The notes under the pieces were generated by a model, which saw only the letters and a list, made by a program, of their open reading frames with translations, had not been told where the DNA came from and did not search any database. Source: Candidatus Magasanikiibacteriota bacterium (GTDB lineage Bacteria > Patescibacteriota > Patescibacteriia > Magasanikbacterales > GWA2-37-8). From it: a stretch of DNA of 64,000 nt. The stretch lies in contig JAUSEN010000009.1 of the NCBI GenBank assembly GCA_030650025.1, positions 29,144-93,143 of the forward strand. The letters run 5' to 3'. The translations under genes and the position numbers were made by a program. How positions within the stretch are numbered: the stretch's first letter is position 1; each line of letters begins with the position of its first letter. Shown here piece by piece: positions 55,764 through 64,000 of the stretch.

Positions 55764-57314
55764 ATGGAAGCAATTGATTCGCCAGCTCGTCAGTCATCCA
55801 TCAAAGATTTTGAGAGGTTACGAGAAAAAGTTTTTGTTGAGCGTCCAGTATTAGCCGATATTATAACCAAGCATGGAGAGATGAGTTTGTATGAGTATGC
55901 CTTAGATTATTTAGATGTTAACGAAACCGCGCTATATAAATCTCGTCGGCCGGAATTTTTATCATCATTTTCTGCTCTGGCTGGAAAATTTTTACCGCCC
56001 GCAGTGGCGCAATCCGCATGTCAGCAATTAGAAAAATATTTTTTTGTTTCCACGTCTGACCATCATGGACCTCTCACGCATCCATTTTTTTTAAGTTCCA
56101 ACCTTCTCAACGCAGTCGTAGCTCTGGAAGCAAACGACCCGGTGCTGGAAAATATTATCGTCTTGGCTTGCGGGAGCGTTTCATTAGATAACAGTAGCTT
56201 TCCGCGCGGTTTGGTATTTAATTCGCCGCTCAACAGCACCAATCAATTACTGCGTTCCGCTTTTTTTTCCAGTCACGAGCGCCCGTCATTAGTGCACTTA
56301 TTGCGTCCGTATAGTAAGGCAGAATTAGATAAAGGTAAAAGTAGCTTAGATCACTATGTTAAACAAAAAGTTATTAGTCCACAGGTAGTAGAGATGGTAG
56401 GCGCGATTATTGATGAAATTTATGCCCCGTTAATTACCAAGGGCCTCCCTAGTTATGCGGCGCAAGTTACCGCGTCCAACTATAATCTTTGGCGCAAATT
56501 TTTTTCTCACGCTGATTTTAAAAAAATTCCTAATTTAGTCTACCTAGAGTTGGAAGATATGGTAAGCCGACTGCTTGTTGATTATCACCTAAAAAGTGGT
56601 TCTTATATTTACGATTTGTTATTTAATGACGATTTTCAGAATTCCGTTATTAAATATTTAGATGGCAAACTTGGATCTTTTTGTTTGGACCACAAAACCG
56701 ACACCTTTTTATTTTGGGCGGTGCCCAATGGGGAGCGTTATCGTAAACAGTTGTGGAAGAATGGCAATAGACTGTGCTCTGATGATGGTCAGTACAGCAT
56801 AGACTTAACGCCTGAGGCCATAAAAAAAGCTTTAGAAAAAAAAGAAATTATGCCTAGTTTGCTGTTAGATTTTGTTGTTTTAGCTTTGTACTATGGGCTT
56901 AAATGTCTAGGCGGCTTTAGCCAGGTCAACTATCTTACTGGCATGAAGCAAGGGTTTATTCAAGTTTTGACTGAACTTGGAAAAAGCGAGGAAATTTCGT
57001 CCTTAGAAGTAGTGCAGACCAAAGAGTTGGTTGGAGACATTACTTTAGCTTTTATAAAAACGCAAGATGGCCAAACGATACCTGCGACTGGTTTAGACTT
57101 GGCGCTGTATGCTAATGGAAATTTATGGAGCACGCTTATTAGCCAATCAAAAATAATTACATTGAAAGAAGCAATGAGTCCGATGATGCCGGAGTTTTAT
57201 CGGATGATTTATTTTGAAACAGAACGCGAACCGGCATTATCCGCTGTAACTTCGGAAACGATAGCCCGCTTGATACAACTAGATAAAAAAATTAAACCGT
57301 GTATAGTTTTTTAA
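55764..57314 (+). CDS. hypothetical protein (516 aa)
   Basis: No recognisable motif. Followed directly by DapF-like and M15 peptidase genes. Confidence 0.4.
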   Translation: MEAIDSPARQSSIKDFERLREKVFVERPVLADIITKHGEMSLYEYALDYLDVNETALYKSRRPEFLSSFSALAGKFLPPAVAQSACQQLEKYFFVSTSDHHGPLTHPFFLSSNLLNAVVALEANDPVLENIIVLACGSVSLDNSSFPRGLVFNSPLNSTNQLLRSAFFSSHERPSLVHLLRPYSKAELDKGKSSLDHYVKQKVISPQVVEMVGAIIDEIYAPLITKGLPSYAAQVTASNYNLWRKFFSHADFKKIPNLVYLELEDMVSRLLVDYHLKSGSYIYDLLFNDDFQNSVIKYLDGKLGSFCLDHKTDTFLFWAVPNGERYRKQLWKNGNRLCSDDGQYSIDLTPEAIKKALEKKEIMPSLLLDFVVLALYYGLKCLGGFSQVNYLTGMKQGFIQVLTELGKSEEISSLEVVQTKELVGDITLAFIKTQDGQTIPATGLDLALYANGNLWSTLISQSKIITLKEAMSPMMPEFYRMIYFETEREPALSAVTSETIARLIQLDKKIKPCIVF

Positions 57315-57315
57315 T

Positions 57316-58101
57316 ATGCAGAAGATTTTTTACAATAAATTATGGCCAGGCGGCAATATTACAGCTTTAGTAGAAGGCATTTCTGATAGGAGTAAGTATG
57401 CCACCATTTCGAATGAGATAATGGCGACAGATACGGAGGTCGAGCAAGTTGGATTTATTGAGGTAGCAAGTTCAAAAGAGTCCCAGATTCGCCTTCAAAT
57501 GATGGGGGGCGAATTTTGTGGCAATGCCGCGCGTTCCGCGGGCTTTCTATTTGCAAAACGGACTAATTGTGATAAGGTTACACTTGAGGTTTCTGGTTTG
57601 CCATGTGGGTTAGGGTTTGTGGTAAAAGAAGATGGGAATACCACGTTGGAAATTCCAGGAAATTTTTTTCGTAAAGTAAATACTATTCCAGGTGGCTACC
57701 TCGTTGATTTAATTGGTATTAGGCACCTAATAATTTTACAAAAAAATAACGACGCAGTAATGACGTTGGTTGATACGTATAAAGAAGATTTCCCAGCACT
57801 TGGTGTAATATATGCTAAGGAAATGAACGGAGAAATAGTTATTGATCCTACGGTCTGGGTAAGAAATACCAACACGCTAATTGCCGAAACCGGATGCGGT
57901 TCTGGAAGTATCGCCGTGGCCATCGTGTGGAGCCTGTTCGCTAAAGCAAAAGAGTCTTTTACCATATTGCAACCGAGTGGTGAAAAATATACTATAAACT
58001 TAATAAGTCAAGACGGCGGTGAATCGCAATATCAAACGATAGAGTTGTGTGGTACGATAAAAATTTTAGGTAACAAATTTGTTGAGATAAAGAACGCCTA
58101 G
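57316..58101 (+). CDS. diaminopimelate-epimerase-like (DapF/PhzF fold) protein
   Basis: Two catalytic-Cys contexts, GGEFCGNAARS and ETGCGSGSIAVA, at the spacing expected for DapF. Length is 261 aa. Confidence 0.5.
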   Translation: MQKIFYNKLWPGGNITALVEGISDRSKYATISNEIMATDTEVEQVGFIEVASSKESQIRLQMMGGEFCGNAARSAGFLFAKRTNCDKVTLEVSGLPCGLGFVVKEDGNTTLEIPGNFFRKVNTIPGGYLVDLIGIRHLIILQKNNDAVMTLVDTYKEDFPALGVIYAKEMNGEIVIDPTVWVRNTNTLIAETGCGSGSIAVAIVWSLFAKAKESFTILQPSGEKYTINLISQDGGESQYQTIELCGTIKILGNKFVEIKNA

Positions 58102-58112
58102 TTAAAAAATTT

Positions 58113-59258
58113 ATGAATCCTGAACTTTTCAACCAGGAGCATCTTCAAGAACAGCTACCCCCGATACCACAAGAATCCGTTGAAGGTTGGAAAGAAAAAC
58201 GTATTAAGGGCCTAAACGAAGACATGGTGGCTATAGGAGCTTTTACGGAATTTTCTGACTGTGACACCTCTGGAATTTATTTTGGAGAAAGAGGCCCTGG
58301 CCCTGAACTAAGTTTTGCAGGACCGAACAATTTTGTTAATAGAAATATAGACCGTGATAAAAGCCTGCTCTCTAATTTTGTGCGTCGAGGAGTTCTGGAG
58401 AAGTTAAAACGCGCCCAGGAGTTGTTGCCAAAAGGATATTATTTTAGATTTTTTGATACATTTAGACCACTTTCTGTCCAAGGGGAGTTATTTTATGCTC
58501 AAAAAATTAAGGTTGAGAAAGAGCACCCTGAGTGGGATGCGGTAAAAGATAAAGAGAAAATTGAAGCTGAAACGCACAAATTCGTTGCCCTTCCTCCCGC
58601 GGACGCAGAATCAATTAAAGATCGTCCGTCCCCTCATCTTACAGGCGCCGCTATTGATTTAGGGCTTATAAAATTAAGCGCTGAGGGTTTGGGAATGTTA
58701 CAAGATTTAGAAAATAGAAAAGTGTCTGGAAAATTAAATTATGCAGTGAAACCGAAGGATCAGGAATTTTTTTCACAGGCGAATGAGTGGGTGGAGAAGC
58801 TTAAATTACCCGATAAAATGAAGAAGAATTGGTTAGCCGAGTACCGCTATGGATTCGAGAAAGCCCTTATCTTCAGAAAACATAGCAAGACAGTAGATAT
58901 GGGTACGCCCTTTGATTATTTTGGTCCAGAAGCAACCACCAATTTTTATGAAACCAAGTCTGAAGCTAATTTTGGCACGAAAGATTACGAAATAAAAAAT
59001 AACCGGCGACTTTTTTTTAAGGTTTTAAAAGATGCTGGCTTTTCAAATTACCCCGATGAATGGTGGCATTGGAGTTATGGCGATCAAGAATGGGCAGCAA
59101 ATCTCAAAAAAGACGAAGCTCTATATGGTAAAATAGATTTAAATGAAGGTAATATGGCGCTTGAGAAAGCTAGGAGAATGGTATACTTAAAAACGATTCG
59201 CGACGTGAGAAAAAATCAAAATGCTATTTTTATAGATTCAGAAGATAAAAAAGACTAA
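58113..59258 (+). CDS. M15-family zinc D-Ala-D-Ala dipeptidase-like (VanX-like) protein with N-terminal extension
   Basis: SPHLTGAAIDL (SxHxxGxAxD) and a C-terminal DEWWHW. Confidence 0.5.
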   Translation: MNPELFNQEHLQEQLPPIPQESVEGWKEKRIKGLNEDMVAIGAFTEFSDCDTSGIYFGERGPGPELSFAGPNNFVNRNIDRDKSLLSNFVRRGVLEKLKRAQELLPKGYYFRFFDTFRPLSVQGELFYAQKIKVEKEHPEWDAVKDKEKIEAETHKFVALPPADAESIKDRPSPHLTGAAIDLGLIKLSAEGLGMLQDLENRKVSGKLNYAVKPKDQEFFSQANEWVEKLKLPDKMKKNWLAEYRYGFEKALIFRKHSKTVDMGTPFDYFGPEATTNFYETKSEANFGTKDYEIKNNRRLFFKVLKDAGFSNYPDEWWHWSYGDQEWAANLKKDEALYGKIDLNEGNMALEKARRMVYLKTIRDVRKNQNAIFIDSEDKKD

Positions 59259-59308
59259 CTTAGTCAATTTTTAACAGGCAAATTTATATTTATTTATTTT
59301 AAAAAAAT

Positions 59309-60280
59309 ATGCTTACCGTAAAACAAATTTTTGATCTCGGAATTAAAATCGGAATCGCGTCCGATCCGCGCGGAGTTCAAGGAATAAAAAAATATCTGGC
59401 GCGGCAGAAAAAAGAATACGACGATCTCAAGCCGAAAGACAAGGGATTTTTTGATCGCGAGACTCTCACCAATCCATTTCCCGACAGCGGCATCCACGTT
59501 GACGACGGCAAAAGCAATGTAAAAATGGTAATGGCTGGCATCGATATTAATGCTCCGGAAATTTTGCTTGCCAGCCAGCTTAATGAGAGAGGGAAAAAAA
59601 TTGGCTTAGTCATTGCCCATCACCCCGAAGGTAAGGCGCTTGGCAAACTGCACGAAGTGATGGAGATGGGCGTGGATATTGGCATGGCGCTGGGTCTGCC
59701 GGTACATTTGGCGGAAAAAATTATGGAGGAGCGGATGCGCGAAGTGGCGCGTAGCTTGAGCGCGGCAAACCTCTACCAGGCAGTGAATGTGGCCGAACAC
59801 TTGGGCATTAATTTTATAAATGCTCACACTATTACCGATAATTTGGTGCACACCTTTATCGCTAATCTCATTGCCAAACGCCAGCCGGAAACGATTGCTG
59901 ATCTAATGGATCTTCTGATGGAAATTCCCGAGTACCAGATGGCTAAACGGCTTGGTTTTGGGCCGGTAATTTTTGCCGGCACTCCAAGAAATCGCGTTGG
60001 CAAAATAATGATAGAAATGACCGGCGGAACCGAACCGTCGCCAAAGGTGTATCCGGAACTTTCACGTATTGGCATTAGCACCATCGTTGGCATGCATATG
60101 CGTAAGGAGACTTTGGAAAAATCTAATGAGGCGCAATTAAATGTAGTGGTTGCCGGGCATATGTCTTCGGATTCCCTCGGTATGAATTTATTTTTGGATG
60201 AACTGGAGAAAAAAGGCATCGAAATTGTCCCCTGCGGTGGCCTAATTCGCGTGAGCCGGGTGAAGAAAGGGAAAAAATAG
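59309..60280 (+). CDS. Nif3-family (YqfO-like) dinuclear metal centre protein
   Basis: GLVIAHHPEG in the N-domain and VVVAGHMSSDS at the C-terminus. Confidence 0.45.
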   Translation: MLTVKQIFDLGIKIGIASDPRGVQGIKKYLARQKKEYDDLKPKDKGFFDRETLTNPFPDSGIHVDDGKSNVKMVMAGIDINAPEILLASQLNERGKKIGLVIAHHPEGKALGKLHEVMEMGVDIGMALGLPVHLAEKIMEERMREVARSLSAANLYQAVNVAEHLGINFINAHTITDNLVHTFIANLIAKRQPETIADLMDLLMEIPEYQMAKRLGFGPVIFAGTPRNRVGKIMIEMTGGTEPSPKVYPELSRIGISTIVGMHMRKETLEKSNEAQLNVVVAGHMSSDSLGMNLFLDELEKKGIEIVPCGGLIRVSRVKKGKK

Positions 60281-60308
60281 GTCATAAATTATTTTATCAA
60301 TCGATTTT

Positions 60309-60341
60309 GTAGGGACCCCGACGTTACGTCGGGGTCCCTAC
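60309..60341. repeat. REP family-2 hairpin 5' of RAYT-2
   Basis: gtagggaccccgacgttacgtcggggtccctac. Confidence 0.65.
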
Positions 60342-60392
60342 GTTGTTTTCAAATTTGATTTTGTTTACATACAGTGCTAATATTACCATGTT

Positions 60393-60977
60393 ATGCCAGT
60401 TCGGCCAGCTCGTAAATTGAATCGTTGGCACAAATGGGATTATAGTAATTTTGGGTTCTATTTTGTAACAATATGCACGCAAGGTCGCCAGCAGTATTTT
60501 GGTGAAATCAGAAACGGTTTAAAGATTTTAAACAAATGCGGGAAAATTGTCGAAAATTTTTTGGGAGAAATCGAAGGCCATTTTAAAAATGTATATCTGG
60601 ATGAATTTGTGGTGATGCCAAACCACGTGCATGCGATAATTTTGGTTGATAATCAGGTGAATGGAAAAAGAACACAAACAATTGTAGGGAACGTATTCGC
60701 GCAAACGCGCGTAGGGACAGGGCAGTGCCCTGTCCCTACAAGGCGAAATAGCGCTAGATATGGGTTGTTATCTAAAATAATAAATGGTTTAAAAAACGTC
60801 GTCACAAAAGAGATCAGAAAACAATTTCGTTATAATGAATTCGGCTGGCAGCGGTCATTTCACGATCACATCATTCGCACTCCCACAGAATTAAACCGTG
60901 TTCGGCAATATATTGCGGCTAATCCAGAGAATTGGGAAGAGGACAGAAATAACCCAAAAAATTTTAAAAAATTATGA
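60393..60977 (+). CDS. IS200/IS605-family Y1 transposase homologue, REP-associated (RAYT-2), possibly catalytically degenerate.
   Basis: HKWDYSNFGFYFVTICTQGR and HuH FVVMPNHVHAII. The presumptive catalytic YY of RAYT-1 is F-H here (FGWQRSFHDHIIRT). Overlaps ruvA by 4 nt. Confidence 0.65.
   Translation: MPVRPARKLNRWHKWDYSNFGFYFVTICTQGRQQYFGEIRNGLKILNKCGKIVENFLGEIEGHFKNVYLDEFVVMPNHVHAIILVDNQVNGKRTQTIVGNVFAQTRVGTGQCPVPTRRNSARYGLLSKIINGLKNVVTKEIRKQFRYNEFGWQRSFHDHIIRTPTELNRVRQYIAANPENWEEDRNNPKNFKKL
60711..60739. repeat. REP family-2 hairpin inserted in-frame inside RAYT-2 (encodes RVGTGQCPVPT).
   Basis: gtagggacagggcagtgccctgtccctac, a 1-nt variant of the 18631 copy. A partial gtagggaac...gcgcaaacgcgc sits just upstream. 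Confidence 0.7.
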
Positions 60978-61549
60978 TCTCTCAAATTATTGGCAAAGTT
61001 ATCAGCAATAATGGATCAGATGTAGTTTTGTCCACCGCGGGTGGGGTCGGGTATAAAATTGCCGTCAGCCCTAAGGCAATCGAATTATGTTTAGTAGGTA
61101 AAGATGTATCCCTAGAAACATATTTGGTCGTGCGCGAAGATGCTCTTGACCTGTTTGGTTTTGCCAATAACTCCGAACGAGAATTATTTAAAAATTGTTT
61201 ATCGGTTTCGGGTATCGGGCCCAAGAGCGCTTTGAATATTTTAAAACTGGGAAGTGTGGAGGAAATTACGCTCGCGATCGCGCGCGGTGATATTGGTTAT
61301 CTTACCAAAGTCAGCGGCATTGGCAAAAAAACCGCCGAGCGCTTAGTGGTGGAACTCCGTGGTAAAGCGGCCAAGGGTTTGAGCGAAGAAGATTTAGTAA
61401 AACCAGCTGGAGTTTTGGGAGATGTGGTAGAAGCTTTAATGACGCTTGGCTACTCGGCCGAAGTGGCGCGCGATGTTGCTAAGAGTCTGAAGCAAGAAGG
61501 CAAGACGAGCGAACAGTTACTTCGCGAAGCGCTGAAGATGATGAAGTAG
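60974..61549 (+). CDS. ruvA: Holliday junction branch-migration protein RuvA
   Basis: OB domain, two HhH motifs (GIGPKSA and GIGKKTA), and the C-terminal domain III. Confidence 0.9.
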   Translation: MISQIIGKVISNNGSDVVLSTAGGVGYKIAVSPKAIELCLVGKDVSLETYLVVREDALDLFGFANNSERELFKNCLSVSGIGPKSALNILKLGSVEEITLAIARGDIGYLTKVSGIGKKTAERLVVELRGKAAKGLSEEDLVKPAGVLGDVVEALMTLGYSAEVARDVAKSLKQEGKTSEQLLREALKMMK

Positions 61550-61585
61550 AAAAATAATTGCGTTGATAGTATTAAAAAGTAGTGC

Positions 61586-61632
61586 GCGGCCGTCCTAATA
61601 AACATCTGGTGTGATGTCTGTCAGGACGGCCG
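61586..61632. terminator. GC-rich hairpin terminator of the island E gene
   Basis: gcggccgtcctaa...tcaggacggccg. Confidence 0.5.
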
Positions 61633-61656
61633 TTGTGGTTTTGCCGGTGAGCTCTC

Positions 61657-62112
61657 CTAGGCATGCTGTGCCAGCAGGTTTTCGAACGCCCGGGCCGACT
61701 CGGCCATGGCTTCGTCCTGCCGGTCCTGCCGATCCGCTACTTCTGCGGCGACCAGGGTCGCGAGCGCGAGCGCGTCGCTCGGCAAGATCTTCTCGCCAAG
61801 GTGCCGGCAGAGGATGCGCGCGAGCATCAGGCCTTGGTCAGTCTCGGGCGTGGCGGCCGAGACGCGCACGAGCCCATTTGCCAGCCGCGTGAGGATCACA
61901 GCCTTGATGTGCTCTCCGCTTCCGAGGCCGCGCTCCCGCGTGTACGCCGCGATAGCCGCGAGGAGCACCTTGGCCATCTTCGGGACGAGGTGCTCGAGGT
62001 GGGCGAGTTCGGTAGGCAGGGGAGAGATCTGCCCCGTAGCGCCAACCGCCATCGCTCCGAGTTCGAGAATGGTCCACGCCATCCTCTCTTTCACTTGCGG
62101 AACAGTGGTCAT
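61657..62112 (-). CDS. hypothetical protein (high-GC island E)
   Basis: 151 aa, about 66% GC, with SD aaaggagcggccATG. All-helical and Ala/Leu-rich. Confidence 0.35.
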   Translation of the reverse strand: MTTVPQVKERMAWTILELGAMAVGATGQISPLPTELAHLEHLVPKMAKVLLAAIAAYTRERGLGSGEHIKAVILTRLANGLVRVSAATPETDQGLMLARILCRHLGEKILPSDALALATLVAAEVADRQDRQDEAMAESARAFENLLAQHA

Positions 62113-62201
62113 GGCCGCTCCTTTCTTCTATCGAAGGTGGTTTTGCCCGGCCGCCACAGAGGCCAAAAAGCCACTCTGGCAAGTGGGCAAAAGTTTTAAC
62201 G

Positions 62202-63194
62202 TCATGAGCGCTCTGCTTGTTTTTTAGCTTCCGCGTTCATATACTCCGTATACCAAGAATATTCCGAACCGAGCAAATTGGAAATTAATTCAAACACCAG
62301 TTTCGCGGTTTTGGCGTCTATGTCTTTAGTCACAACCTGTTCGGCGATATCCAGCCCGACTACCGGGCAAAGTCGGCCGATATATTTCGCGATGAGCGTT
62401 ATTTCCCGATACGTTAAACCTCCTGCGGTGGACATGAGCGTTGCCGGAGCATACTCTTTATCAATGGCGTCAATATCAACGCTTACCCAGATATTTTTTA
62501 CGCGGCTGGCTAAAGCTTTAATTTTTTCTGTCACTTGGTGGAGGCCGTGCGTCGCGAGATCAAGCATGGTAACAGCCTCTAGTTTTTCGCGGCGAATCAG
62601 GTCAATTTCCGTTTGGTCCAAGTCTTTCAGGCCAATGAAAAGCCAATTAGCAGGTTTTACTTTGGCTCCTGGCCGCAGAATATTAACCAGCCGCGGGTGG
62701 CCAAAGCCCATTAAAGCCGCCGCTGGCATGCCGTGGATATTGCCCGAAAGCGTAGTTTCCGGAGTATTCATGTCGCCATGAGCGTCAATCCAAATCACAC
62801 CAAGTTCGTCTTCTGTTCCGGCCGCCGCGCCGCTAATTGTACCGAGCGACATCGAATGGTCGCCGCCGAGCGCCACTACTTTGTGGCCCGCTTTAACGCT
62901 TGAGGCTATCAGGGCGGCCACTTCTTCACTGATCTTTGCTATGGCTTCAAGGTATTTACAGTTTTTGTCGCCTTTAATAAGTGATTCGCCGTTTTGGGGG
63001 CAATCTAAGTCGCCCAAATCATTTACGTTGAAACCCAGCGCCGCGAGCATTTTTAAAAGCCCTTGGCTGCGCAAATATTTGGGAGCCTCTGCTGTTCCCG
63101 CCGCGTCTTTGCCAATGTCAATGGGGATCCCAATCACATCAACCGTGCCAGCGAGGGTTTTGGTTTCGTAAAAACTAAGTGAGTCAGAGTTCAT
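62202..63194 (-). CDS. arginase-family ureohydrolase (arginase-like)
   Basis: GGDHSMSLG, DAHGDMNTP...SGNIHGMP and SVDIDAIDKEYAPATLMSTAGGLTYRE motifs. Confidence 0.75.
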   Translation of the reverse strand: MNSDSLSFYETKTLAGTVDVIGIPIDIGKDAAGTAEAPKYLRSQGLLKMLAALGFNVNDLGDLDCPQNGESLIKGDKNCKYLEAIAKISEEVAALIASSVKAGHKVVALGGDHSMSLGTISGAAAGTEDELGVIWIDAHGDMNTPETTLSGNIHGMPAAALMGFGHPRLVNILRPGAKVKPANWLFIGLKDLDQTEIDLIRREKLEAVTMLDLATHGLHQVTEKIKALASRVKNIWVSVDIDAIDKEYAPATLMSTAGGLTYREITLIAKYIGRLCPVVGLDIAEQVVTKDIDAKTAKLVFELISNLLGSEYSWYTEYMNAEAKKQAERS

Positions 63195-63338
63195 AGTACA
63201 AAAAAACAGCCACCTTTTCGGGTGGCCGCTATGAAATGGGTAAATTAAATTGGGGTAGAAAATTTCTCATGCTTAGGCTAGTTTAGCACTACGTGAATGG
63301 TTGGTCAAAGGCGTTTATACACAGCATAGAGAAGTTGT

Positions 63339-63371
63339 CACCACTCACCGCGCTTCGCGCGGTGAGTGGTG
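63339..63371 (-). terminator. GC-rich perfect hairpin terminator after upp
   Basis: caccactcaccgcgc-ttc-gcgcggtgagtggtg. Confidence 0.55.
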
Positions 63372-63382
63372 GCTGGTGGCTC

Positions 63383-64000
63383 TCAGCCGCTCCGGATGAC
63401 GGCATCGGAGGGCCCGTTGAGCTTGTTTCCCATGTCGCCGGCGCCCGGCCAGATATAGTCGTACGCCGTGAGCCCCCCGTCAAGCGCGCCCGTAAAGAGG
63501 TGCGCGTTGGGGATGGCGTTCAAGAACCGCTCGGCGCCCTCGGGCGCCGCGATCAGGCTGAGCGCCACGTGCCAGCATGCCGTTCCCGGCAAGCTGGCGT
63601 AGTGCTCTACGGCCCTAAGCAGCGAGCCGCCGGTTGCGAGCATCGGGTCCGGGTAGACCACGATCGCACCGTTGACGGTACTCCCCGTCTTGCTTCCTTG
63701 GATTTCCACTCCGTTGACGTGGCCGGTCGCGTCGGTCGTCCGGTTCATGGTGAGGATGTCCATGCGCGCGTTCTCGAACCCGAGCGCCGTCAGCGCATCG
63801 AGCACGACATCCGAGGGGAGGAGTCCGCCGCGCGCGATCGCCGTCACCACCACGCTCGTCTGGGTGTTCGGCACCAGGCCGCGCCAAACCCCTCTCTCGC
63901 CCAACTCGGTCTGGAGCGGGGTGGGCACGCTGGCCTCACGCAGCAGGAACAGCTGGTTGATCATCTCCATCGTGAGGAGGTGGTAGAGCTCGCGCACCCA
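63383..64000 (-). CDS. upp: uracil phosphoribosyltransferase (high-GC island F); N-terminus at or beyond the window edge.
   Basis: PRPP loop DPMLATGGS, AAPEG, and a C-terminal YIWPGAGDMGNKL. About 68% GC. Confidence 0.8.
   Translation of the reverse strand, partial: WVRELYHLLTMEMINQLFLLREASVPTPLQTELGERGVWRGLVPNTQTSVVVTAIARGGLLPSDVVLDALTALGFENARMDILTMNRTTDATGHVNGVEIQGSKTGSTVNGAIVVYPDPMLATGGSLLRAVEHYASLPGTACWHVALSLIAAPEGAERFLNAIPNAHLFTGALDGGLTAYDYIWPGAGDMGNKLNGPSDAVIRSG

Overview
This 64-kb window has a low-GC backbone (roughly 40-50% GC, AT-rich intergenics, TTGACA-N17-TAnnnT promoters) and looks like a Patescibacteria/CPR-type bacterium. Supporting traits are a type-2 IleRS, a deoxyhypusine-synthase-like gene in a polyamine operon, VKOR+DsbA pairs and a four-helix-bundle IVS protein. 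The standard genetic code applies: rpoB, rpoC and ileS have no in-frame TGA, and ileS ends in TGA. Core genes present are recA, a rodZ-like gene, ftsK, rpoB-rpoC (standalone, with a long leader), ruvC with ruvA 22 kb away, ileS, trxB, rpe, rpiB, an aquaporin and a Fe/Mn SOD. Accessory content includes a copper and thiol-redox cluster (copA, an HMA permease, two DsbA-like proteins, VKOR) and three toxin-antitoxin or abortive-infection modules (YefM-RelE, MNT-HepT, AbiEi/AbiEii). There are two unrelated palindromic repeat (REP) families, each with its own IS200-like REP-associated tyrosine transposase (RAYT), and each RAYT carries an in-frame REP insertion. A cassette array sits at the sod 3' end, delimited by three copies of the sod tail. 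A small TIR-flanked element carrying a four-helix-bundle gene is inserted at the ileS start. A conserved leader ending in a covarying palindrome precedes both ruvC and the DHS-like gene. Most strikingly, six short high-GC islands (about 62-70% GC) each carry one or two genes plus their own GC-rich hairpin terminator. No rRNA, tRNA or CRISPR array was found.
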